Below, in pieces: positions 8,970 through 15,809 of a stretch of DNA of 15,809 nucleotides (positions are counted from its first letter, which is position 1; the number at the start of each line of letters is the position of its first letter). Location of the stretch: positions 1 to 15,809 of the forward strand of contig JBGCFM010000068.1 of the NCBI GenBank assembly GCA_045106895.1, in the 5' to 3' direction. Position numbers and translations under genes: made by a program. The notes below the pieces were generated by a model. It was not told the origin of the DNA, made no database searches, and saw only the letters and a program-made list of their open reading frames with translations. Source of the DNA: Polyangiales bacterium. GTDB taxonomy: Bacteria; Myxococcota_A; Polyangia; Polyangiales; Houyiibacteriaceae.

Positions 8970-10811
8970 TTGGGAAAAGTCATCGGAATTGACTTGGGGA
9001 CCACCAACTCATGCGTCGCGTTTGTCGACAACGGTGAGCCGGTGGTCATTCCCAACGCCGAAGGTTCACGAACGACTCCGTCCGTTGTCACCGTCACCAA
9101 AGACGGAGACCGCCGCGTCGGCAGCGTCGCTAAGCGACAGGCCGTCACGAACGCCACGGACACCATTTTCGCCGTAAAGCGGCTGATGGGCTTGGAGTTC
9201 GACAGCGACGACGCCCGTCGCCAAGCATCCCTCGTTCCCTACAAGGTGATTCAAAACACCAACGGGGACGCCTGGGTGCAGGCAGGTGGGAAGGATTACT
9301 CCCCGCCTGAGATCTCGGCGATGATCCTCCAGAGCATGCGTGACATCGCCGAGGCTTATATCGGCGAGTCCGTCACCGAAGCTGTGGTTACGGTTCCTGC
9401 GTACTTCAACGAAGCGCAGCGAGCCGCCACAACGGCCGCCGGTAAAATCGCCGGACTCGATGTGAAGCGCATCATCAACGAGCCCACCGCCGCTGCCCTC
9501 GCCTACGGCTTCGAGGAAAAAGACGGCAAGCGCATCGCGGTCTACGACCTCGGTGGCGGCACCTTCGATATCTCGATCTTGGAGATCGCCGGCGGCGTCT
9601 TCAAAGTTCGCTCCACCTCCGGGGATACACACCTCGGTGGCGAAGACATCGACATGCTCCTCGTCGAAGAGCTGGCCCGCCGCTTCAAAGAGAGCAGCGG
9701 CATCGACCTTCGTGAAGACCGTGTCGCTCTGCAGCGCCTCAAGGAACAAGCTGAGAAGGCGAAGCACGAGCTGAGCACATCGCTTGAGACCGACGTGAAC
9801 CTGCCCTTCATCGCGGCGGACGCCACCGGGCCCAAGCATCTTGAGACACGCATCAAACGTAGCGAGCTTGAGATCTTGGTGAGTGCGCTCATCGATCGAA
9901 GCCTAGAGCCTTGCAAGCAAGCCCTCGCAGACTCTGGTCTCACAGCCGCAGATATCGACGAAGTGCTCCTCGTCGGTGGTCAGACCCGCATGCCGATGGT
10001 GCGCAAGAAGGTCGCAGACTTTTTTGGTCGTGAACCCTACAAGGGCGTGAACCCCGACGAGGTTGTCGCGATGGGCGCGGCTCTCCAAGGTGCAGCGATG
10101 ACCGGCGAGGTCGCCGAGGTTCTGCTCCTCGATGTCACGCCTCTGAGCTTGGGCGTAGAAACTGGCGGCGGCGTGTTCACCGCGATCATTCCCCGCAACA
10201 CCACGATTCCGACGCGCGCCAAAGAGATCTTCACGACGAGCGTCGACAACCAGCCCTTCGTGCCTATTCACGTCCTCCAGGGCGAGCGCGATATGGCGGC
10301 GGACAACACGACGCTCGCGAAGTTTGAGCTCGCGCCGATCTTGCCCGCGCCGCGCGAGGTTCCGGAGATCGAGGTGTCCTTCGACATCGACGCCAACGGT
10401 ATGGTGGAGGTGACGGCGCGGGATCTTCGCTCCGGCAAGGTACAGAGCATTCGAGTTGTCGCCTCTTCGGGTCTCACCGCCGAAGAGCTGGACCGAATCA
10501 TCGCAGAATCGGACCAGCACAAAGAGAGCGACCTCAAACGCAAGGAGCTCGCCGAGCTTCGAAACAGCGCGCAAGGCCTGCTCTACACGAGCGAGCAGGC
10601 GGCGGCGGAGTGCGCCGACTTGGTCGACGCCGAGATCATCGAGCAGGTCCAGACAGATGCGAAGGACCTGCGCGACCTCATCGAAGGTGATGGCGACGCC
10701 ATCGCGATTCGCGACGCCCTTCAGACGCTTGAGCTGAGCGCCTACCGCATCGCTGAGTCTATGTACTCAGAAGACCCGCCAGCTGCGGACCCCGCTCCCG
10801 AAGAGGGTTAG
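8970..10811 (+). CDS. dnaK: Molecular chaperone DnaK (Hsp70)
   Basis: [36 protein letters not shown] and [11 protein letters not shown] motifs; TTG start with GGGGAG SD. Confidence 0.98.
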   Translation: MGKVIGIDLGTTNSCVAFVDNGEPVVIPNAEGSRTTPSVVTVTKDGDRRVGSVAKRQAVTNATDTIFAVKRLMGLEFDSDDARRQASLVPYKVIQNTNGDAWVQAGGKDYSPPEISAMILQSMRDIAEAYIGESVTEAVVTVPAYFNEAQRAATTAAGKIAGLDVKRIINEPTAAALAYGFEEKDGKRIAVYDLGGGTFDISILEIAGGVFKVRSTSGDTHLGGEDIDMLLVEELARRFKESSGIDLREDRVALQRLKEQAEKAKHELSTSLETDVNLPFIAADATGPKHLETRIKRSELEILVSALIDRSLEPCKQALADSGLTAADIDEVLLVGGQTRMPMVRKKVADFFGREPYKGVNPDEVVAMGAALQGAAMTGEVAEVLLLDVTPLSLGVETGGGVFTAIIPRNTTIPTRAKEIFTTSVDNQPFVPIHVLQGERDMAADNTTLAKFELAPILPAPREVPEIEVSFDIDANGMVEVTARDLRSGKVQSIRVVASSGLTAEELDRIIAESDQHKESDLKRKELAELRNSAQGLLYTSEQAAAECADLVDAEIIEQVQTDAKDLRDLIEGDGDAIAIRDALQTLELSAYRIAESMYSEDPPAADPAPEEG

Positions 10812-10827
10812 TAGAGTACTACTCTGC
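10811..10827. terminator. Short hairpin between the convergent dnaK and regulator genes (possible terminator)
   Basis: GTAGAGT-ACT-ACTCTGC forms a 7-bp stem with one G-U pair. There is no clear U-tract. Confidence 0.35.
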
Positions 10828-10835
10828 GGCGCGAT

Positions 10836-12194
10836 TTAGCGCTGAATCTCGAGGGCGCGCATCTTCTTGTAGAGGTGGCTGCGCTCGAGGCCGAGGTCCT
10901 TCGCCGTGTTCGTCGCGTGACCCTTGTGATGCTCCAGCGCCCGGATGATGAGTTCGCGCTCCACCGTCTCGAGCATCTCCCGAAGGGGCGTGCCTGGCCG
11001 GTAGTGCGTCCCGCCACCACCTCCGCTGCCCATGGGCAGCAGGCCTCGGACTTCGGACTCGATGACTTCGTCCCCAGGCGTCAGAATGACGATGCGTTCG
11101 ACGAGGTTTCGGAGCTCTCGGACATTGCCAGGGTAGTCGTAGCCGCTGAGAAGGTTCATGGCGCCGGTCGTCAGTGACTTTCCGCGGCGGTCGTTGTTGA
11201 TGCACGCCTGGCGAAGAAAGTGTGCGACGAGGAGTGGAATATCCGAGGTGCGCTCGCGCAGCGCCGGCACGCGGATCGGCAACACGTTGAGCCGGTCGTA
11301 GAGATCAGCGCGGAAACGTCCTTCTTCGATCTCTTTGTGCAGGTCCTTGTTCGTCGCCGCCACGACACGAACGTCGACGTTGATCAGCTCGGAGCCACCA
11401 ACGCGTTCAAGTTCGCCTTCCTGGAGGACACGAAGCAGCTTCGCCTGCATATTCGTGGGCATATCGCCGACCTCGTCGAGGAAGAGTGTGCCTGCGTCGG
11501 CGCGTTCGAACTTGCCTCGGCGCTGTTTCGTCGCGCCGGTGAACGCGCCAGCCTCGTGACCAAAGAGCTCGCTCTCGATGAGTTCCGCAGGAACCGCCGC
11601 GCAGTTGAGCTTCTCGTAGCTCTTCTTGGCGCGCTTGCTGCCGAGGTGAATCGCCCTGGCGACGAGCTCCTTGCCCGTGCCACGCTCGCCGATGACGAGG
11701 ACATTGGCGTTGGCGTCACTGGCGAGATGAATGCGCTGCCGGAGTTCCTGAATGGCGCTGCTCTCACCGAGGATCTCGTGGGTGGCGCCGGCTCGCTCGC
11801 GAAGTGAGCGGTTCTCTTCCGCGAGCTGCGCGAAGCCGAGGCCATTGCGAAGCGCGAGGAGCAAGCGCTCGGTGCTGATGGGCTTCTCAAGAAACGTGAA
11901 CGCCCCGAGCTGCGTCGCCTCCACCGCCGTCTCAATGGTCCCGTGGCCACTCATCATGATGACCGGGACGTCGTTCTTCTGCTCGCGAAGCGAGCGAAGA
12001 ATGCTCAGGCCGTCCCCATCCGGAAGCTGAACGTCGAGGAGCAAGAGGTCATACGCCTTCTGGGCGACCTTCTCGTGGGCAATAGCGGCGTTCCCCGCCA
12101 CGTCGACGTCGTAGTCTTCGACGCGCAACGCGCGGGAGAGCGTCGAGAGGATGTTCTTTTCGTCATCGACGATGAGCACGCTTGCGAGGGCCAT
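10836..12194 (-). CDS. Sigma54-dependent response regulator, NtrC/NtrX family (REC-AAA+-Fis HTH; 452 aa)
   Basis: REC domain (VLIVDDE, LLDVQLP, FLEKP), Walker A GERGTGKE, ESELFGHEAGAFTGA, LFLDEV, YPGNVREL and C-terminal HTH (TAKDLGLERSHLYKKM). ATG 12194 has TAGGCT 7 nt upstream. Confidence 0.95.
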   Translation of the reverse strand: MALASVLIVDDEKNILSTLSRALRVEDYDVDVAGNAAIAHEKVAQKAYDLLLLDVQLPDGDGLSILRSLREQKNDVPVIMMSGHGTIETAVEATQLGAFTFLEKPISTERLLLALRNGLGFAQLAEENRSLRERAGATHEILGESSAIQELRQRIHLASDANANVLVIGERGTGKELVARAIHLGSKRAKKSYEKLNCAAVPAELIESELFGHEAGAFTGATKQRRGKFERADAGTLFLDEVGDMPTNMQAKLLRVLQEGELERVGGSELINVDVRVVAATNKDLHKEIEEGRFRADLYDRLNVLPIRVPALRERTSDIPLLVAHFLRQACINNDRRGKSLTTGAMNLLSGYDYPGNVRELRNLVERIVILTPGDEVIESEVRGLLPMGSGGGGGTHYRPGTPLREMLETVERELIIRALEHHKGHATNTAKDLGLERSHLYKKMRALEIQR

Positions 12195-12228
12195 GCGCCG
12201 GAGCCTAGCGCGAGTCTTGGCTTGGGCG

Positions 12229-12924
12229 CTAGATGCGCGCGCCGTGGCCGCCGACGAAGAACACAGCGCCGACGAGAACAGCCGCCGCGGGCACGTAGAT
12301 GCCAACGGTGCTCAGATCGCGTAGTAGCGCGTTGTCGGGTCCTGCGGCAGCGTTGACCAGACCATCGATGGCGTTGTCCGACGAAAAGACAAGCTCACGG
12401 TCGCGAAAGCAGCCCTCCATCGTGATGTCGCCATTGAGCGTGAAGCGCTCGTCCGTATCGATGTCTCGGAACGCGCAGTCCATGCGGATCGTGCCGGCGC
12501 CGCCTTCGTCGTAAGAGATGAGGTCGAAGGAGCATGGCCGGTCCTGAAAACCCTCGAGCCTTCGGCCCTGATAAGAGATGGCGCCGATGAGCCTGGGGGT
12601 GTTCTCTACGATGTCGTCCGCGTCGACGGAATCCCCGATCATCTGAACGCTCAGCTCCAGGTCGAGATTGGGACCGGCCAGAAGAACCAGCAGCGGCAAG
12701 TCCTCGCGGAGCAGGCTTGGCGTTGCGCACATGATCTGGTTCTGCTCAAGCGCGCCGTTCGCAAGCTCGAGGTCGACGATCTGAACAGCATCCCCGCCGT
12801 CCGCTTCGACTTGAAGCGCCCCGGTCACATATGCGTCGTCGACGCTGCGGTAGAGGTCGACGCTGCACCCGCCAAGGAAGCAAACGCAGAGAGAGAAGCG
12901 GAGAAAATGGTTGGAGTTCGTCAT
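12229..12924 (-). CDS. Hypothetical lipoprotein with C-terminal hydrophobic helix (231 aa)
   Basis: Lipobox-like FLGG-C at residue 20; acidic mature domain with several Cys; C-terminal VGIYVPAAAVLVGAVFFVGG. Confidence 0.7.
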   Translation of the reverse strand: MTNSNHFLRFSLCVCFLGGCSVDLYRSVDDAYVTGALQVEADGGDAVQIVDLELANGALEQNQIMCATPSLLREDLPLLVLLAGPNLDLELSVQMIGDSVDADDIVENTPRLIGAISYQGRRLEGFQDRPCSFDLISYDEGGAGTIRMDCAFRDIDTDERFTLNGDITMEGCFRDRELVFSSDNAIDGLVNAAAGPDNALLRDLSTVGIYVPAAAVLVGAVFFVGGHGARI

Positions 12925-12939
12925 GGTGGTGCAGACCAG

Positions 12940-12955
12940 TGCAGAGGTTGTGCCA
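12940..12955 (-). promoter_or_regulatory. Sigma54 (-24/-12) promoter for the lipoprotein gene
   Basis: Minus strand TGGCAC-AACCT-CTGCA has exact GG-N10-GC spacing against the consensus TGGCAC-N5-TTGCW. Confidence 0.7.
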
Positions 12956-13123
12956 GGGCGATAACCCGGGGCTTTGCGGCCGTCGCGGACTTGTGTTCAC
13001 GCATCCAGGGTGAATAGGAGGCACACTTCACAACACGCGCCATCTGTATATGGACGTATCCCGCCATATCCACTCGAGTGTTGAGAGTCTACGTTTTGGC
13101 GTAGTTTTTACCAGATTCGGTGT

Positions 13124-13139
13124 TGGCACATCTCCTGCG
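13124..13139 (+). promoter_or_regulatory. Sigma54 (-24/-12) promoter for the ncRNA-TROVE unit
   Basis: TGGCAC-ATCTC-CTGCG with GG at 13125-13126 and GC at 13137-13138. The predicted TSS near 13150 is just upstream of the RNA 5' end at 13156. Confidence 0.75.
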
Positions 13140-13155
13140 ATGTACTGGAGCACAT

Positions 13156-13286
13156 ACCGGGGTAGCTCAGTGGTTAGAGCGCGTAAACATCCCGCCTCGT
13201 TGTTCTCCGCTCCGGCGGCAGTGAGTGGGCGGGTTACTTCATTTTGGATGACGAGGTCGCTGGTTCGAACCCAGTCTCCGGTACCA
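13156..13286 (+). ncRNA. tRNA-like RNA with a 55-nt insertion in the anticodon stem; probable Y RNA (YrlA-like) partner of the adjacent Ro60/TROVE protein
   Basis: Acceptor ACCGGGG/CTCCGGT + A + CCA; TA linker; D arm GCTC-AGTGGTTA-GAGC; variable region AGGTC; T arm GCTGG-TTCGAAC-CCAGT; hairpin insertion at 13185-13239. It ends 40 nt before the TROVE ATG. The cloverleaf is seen directly; the Y RNA identity is inferred from context. Confidence 0.85.
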
Positions 13287-13326
13287 AGCCAACAGTCGAA
13301 AACGACGCGTACGAAAGGACGCAGCC

Positions 13327-14934
13327 ATGTCTCGTTTCCACTCCACCCGCGCTCGCTCCAAGGCGACGCACAAGAACTTCATGGGCGGCGCATCCCACTG
13401 GATCCTCGACCCTATTACGCGCCTTCGCGTCGCGGCATCGAGCTGCTTCTTTGGCGAGCCTCAATACTACCGCCGTGACGAGAAGGACACTCGCCCTTCG
13501 CGTTACGCGATGCCTATTCGCCAGTCGGACGTTCGCCGACTTCGCAAGTTGCTCGGGGCTCTGGAGCCAACGGCGTGGAGCGGTGTGACTCCTTCGGAGC
13601 GCATGGAAATGGCCATCGACGCAGCCCTCGACTTCGACGTGGAGCGCACGCTGCGGGAGGCCGTTCGACTTCGCACCGAAGCGTACATTCGCACGACACC
13701 TCAGGTGATTCTCGTTCGCGCGGCAAACCACCCGAAGGCAAAAGGAACGGGTCTGGTTCGCAAGTATGCGCGGCAGATCATCGCTCGCGCCGACGAGCCA
13801 AGCGTGGGCCTCGCCTACCAGCTCTGGCGTTACGGAAAGCCTATCCCGAACTCGCTGAAGAAGGCGTGGCGGGACGCGCTGCAGGGCGCGAAAGTCTACC
13901 ACTTGGCGAAGTACCGAATGGACTCGCGCGACGTAAAGACCGTGGACGTCGTCAACTTGGTCCACGCGAAGAGCGACGCAGTCAACTCGCTGACGCAGGG
14001 TGAGCTCAAGCAGGACGGATCTACGTGGGAGAGCATCCTGAGCGGGCCTGGCGCAAAGACGAACTCTTGGCGACGCGCGCTACCGGTGATGGGTCATATG
14101 GCCTTGCTCCGAAACCTGCGGAACTTGATGACGGCCGGAATCGCGACGGACAAGCTCATCGCGCAGCTCCTGGACGGCGCGAAAACCGGAAAGCAGCTCC
14201 CTTTTCGCTACTACAGCGCCTACCGCGCGATCAAAGCGACGGGTCAAGCGCCAGGCGTGCTTCTCGACGCGGTCGAAGAGTGCCTGATGCTGAGCCTGAA
14301 GAACCTGCCTACGTTCCGTGGCCGTGTGATGTCGCTCTGTGACAACTCCGGCAGCGCGCGGGGAACAGCGACGTCCTCGATGGGAACGATGCAGATCTCG
14401 ACCATCGCGAACCTCCAAGCTGTGCTCACGGGCATGGTCAGCGAAGACGGCCACGTTGGCGTGTTCGGCGACAAGCTCGATACCTTTGCGATTCGTCCGA
14501 AGGCGAGCCTCTTCGATCAACTCGACGCGACAGAACAACGCGGAACACGCGTTGGCGCAGGCACCGAGAACGGCGTCTGGCTCTTCTGGAACCAGGCGAT
14601 TCGAGCGCGACAGCGCTGGGACCACGTGTTCGTGTACTCGGACATGCAGGCCGGCCACGGCGGGCTCTTCGGCAAAAGCCCAAGTGAATACAAGGACTTC
14701 ACCTGGGGCACGCGGCACATCGATGTCTCGAAGCTCGTGGCAGAGTACCGCCGCAAGGTGAACCCAAAGGTCCACGTGCACCTCGTGCAGGTGGCGGGCT
14801 ACCAAGACACGATTATGCCGGAACACTACGATCGCACGACCATCCTTGGCGGTTGGGGCGATGGCCTACTCCGCTTTGCGGCGGAGTTGGCGCACCTCCG
14901 AGACGGCAACCACGCCGTCAGCCTCGCTCAGTAG
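13327..14934 (+). CDS. TROVE-domain RNA-binding protein (Ro60/Rsr-like) with C-terminal vWA domain (535 aa)
   Basis: TWES, MGHMALLRNLRNL and KQLPFRYYSAY TROVE motifs; vWA MIDAS DNSGS and YSDMQ; C-terminal LGGWGDGLLRF; SD GAAAGGA. Confidence 0.9.
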   Translation: MSRFHSTRARSKATHKNFMGGASHWILDPITRLRVAASSCFFGEPQYYRRDEKDTRPSRYAMPIRQSDVRRLRKLLGALEPTAWSGVTPSERMEMAIDAALDFDVERTLREAVRLRTEAYIRTTPQVILVRAANHPKAKGTGLVRKYARQIIARADEPSVGLAYQLWRYGKPIPNSLKKAWRDALQGAKVYHLAKYRMDSRDVKTVDVVNLVHAKSDAVNSLTQGELKQDGSTWESILSGPGAKTNSWRRALPVMGHMALLRNLRNLMTAGIATDKLIAQLLDGAKTGKQLPFRYYSAYRAIKATGQAPGVLLDAVEECLMLSLKNLPTFRGRVMSLCDNSGSARGTATSSMGTMQISTIANLQAVLTGMVSEDGHVGVFGDKLDTFAIRPKASLFDQLDATEQRGTRVGAGTENGVWLFWNQAIRARQRWDHVFVYSDMQAGHGGLFGKSPSEYKDFTWGTRHIDVSKLVAEYRRKVNPKVHVHLVQVAGYQDTIMPEHYDRTTILGGWGDGLLRFAAELAHLRDGNHAVSLAQ

Positions 14935-14948
14935 AGCGAAACTACCCA

Positions 14949-14987
14949 GGCCGCTTTCGTTTCTAGAGAGAACGGGAGCGGTCTTTT
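14949..14987 (+). terminator. Rho-independent terminator after the TROVE gene
   Basis: GGCCGCTTTCGTTT-ctagaga-GAACGGGAGCGGTC forms a 14-bp stem followed by TTTT. Its G-U pairs form only in the + strand transcript. Confidence 0.75.
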
Positions 14988-15809
14988 CTATGTTGGGGCG
15001 ACCTCTTCGTTCGCGTCCACGCGTCGGAGCAGGCCCGGAACATGCGCGCCCAGCGTCAACGTCCGCGCCACGTAGTGAACGTAGAACGCCGCCCAGAGAC
15101 CGTGGTTTTCGTAGGGCAGGAGCAGCCACCAAGCGGCGAAGAAAAGTCCCGTGCTCAGGAGCATGCTGTTCCGCATCGCCGGGCCTTGAGTCGCGCCGAT
15201 GAACACTCCGTCGAGCTGAAAGGCGAGGACGCCGGCGAGGGGGGCCAGCGCCGCCCACAGCATGTAGTCTCGGGCGACCTGGCGCGTCTGCACGTCGACG
15301 GTCAGCGCGTCGATGATGTGCGCGCCGAAGAGCAAGAGGACAAGAGTCGCGACGCCGGCAAAGAGCGCGGCCCAGAACGTCGTGCGGAGAGCAGCGGCGC
15401 GGAACGTCTTGCCATCACGCGCTCCGAAGGCACGACCCACCAGCGCCTCGGCTGCGTAAGCGAGGCCATCCAGGAAATACGCGGAGGTGTCGATGAAGTG
15501 CATGAGCACGGCGTTAGCCGCGAGGACTTCGTTGCTGATAGAGGCCCCCTGTGCGCTGAAGAATACGAACACGACGACCAGCGCCATGGAGCGGACCATG
15601 ATGTCGAAGTTGACGGCGAGGGTGCGCTTTAGACGGGCGCGGTCCATGAGCCGCGCCCAGGTTGGGATCCCTTGGATGTGGCGACTCGCGACGACGAGGC
15701 CGACGACGGCGGCAAACCACTCTGCGGCGACGGTGCCGTATGCGACGCCCTCCACGCCCCATTCGAAGCCCAGCACGAAGAGCGCGTCGAGGGCCATATT
15801 CGTCAGGTT
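14988..15809 (-). CDS. MATE-family efflux transporter (DinF-like), 5' part outside the window
   Basis: N-x-x-LD-x-LFV, GVEGVAYGTVAAEW, LAANAVL, FLDGLAYAAEALVG, FQLDGVFIGAT and NHGLW motifs; many TM helices; the frame is open to the window edge. Confidence 0.92.
   Translation of the reverse strand, partial: NLTNMALDALFVLGFEWGVEGVAYGTVAAEWFAAVVGLVVASRHIQGIPTWARLMDRARLKRTLAVNFDIMVRSMALVVVFVFFSAQGASISNEVLAANAVLMHFIDTSAYFLDGLAYAAEALVGRAFGARDGKTFRAAALRTTFWAALFAGVATLVLLLFGAHIIDALTVDVQTRQVARDYMLWAALAPLAGVLAFQLDGVFIGATQGPAMRNSMLLSTGLFFAAWWLLLPYENHGLWAAFYVHYVARTLTLGAHVPGLLRRVDANEEVAPT

Noticed and set aside
13067..13093. CIRCE-like TATCCACTC-N9-GAGTCTACG upstream of the RNA gene
   Set aside because: Only the inner CACTC/GAGT matches (10 of 18 positions); the outer arms are not complementary.
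13182..13253. Archaeal-type bulge-helix-bulge intron (AAA bulge + CATC/GATG helix)
   Set aside because: The 3-nt bulge is on the wrong side of the 4-bp helix, there is no matching second bulge, and cuts there would not produce the 76-nt tRNA.
13156..13286. Ordinary tRNA-Gln, group I intron tRNA, tmRNA or tRNA-Sec
   Set aside because: The 55-nt insert is too short for a group I intron or a tmRNA tag region. It has a full D arm, unlike tmRNA. The insert is 5' of the anticodon rather than in the variable arm, and the acceptor identity is atypical for Gln.
13050..13588. ORFs 13050..13478 and 13244..13588 crossing the RNA gene
   Set aside because: They overlap the structured RNA and the TROVE gene in other frames and have non-protein-like composition.
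1..15809. CRISPR array, IS element, integrase or prophage (including the tRNA-like gene as an att site)
   Set aside because: No repeat-spacer array, transposase, integrase or duplicated tRNA 3' end was seen in the window.

Overview
High-GC bacterial DNA; the gene set suggests a myxobacterium or relative (inference only). Left to right: a partial hypothetical gene; an AraC-family regulator frameshifted by a 10-bp tandem duplication; a VOC/glyoxalase gene; a yeaH(DUF444)-spoVR pair with no adjacent prkA; three hypotheticals; an ftsB/divIC-like gene; hrcA-grpE-dnaK with no dnaJ; an NtrC-family sigma54 activator; a lipoprotein; a TROVE/Ro60-family gene; and a partial MATE transporter. The most interesting part is 12.9-15.0 kb. 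Two back-to-back sigma54 (-24/-12) promoters lie there. The rightward one precedes a 131-nt RNA gene, which is a complete 76-nt tRNA cloverleaf with encoded CCA plus a 55-nt UUCG-type (cUCCGg)-capped hairpin inserted in the anticodon stem. The TROVE/Ro60 gene and a terminator follow directly. This looks like a Y RNA (YrlA-like) in true tRNA topology, circularly permuted relative to described YrlA RNAs.
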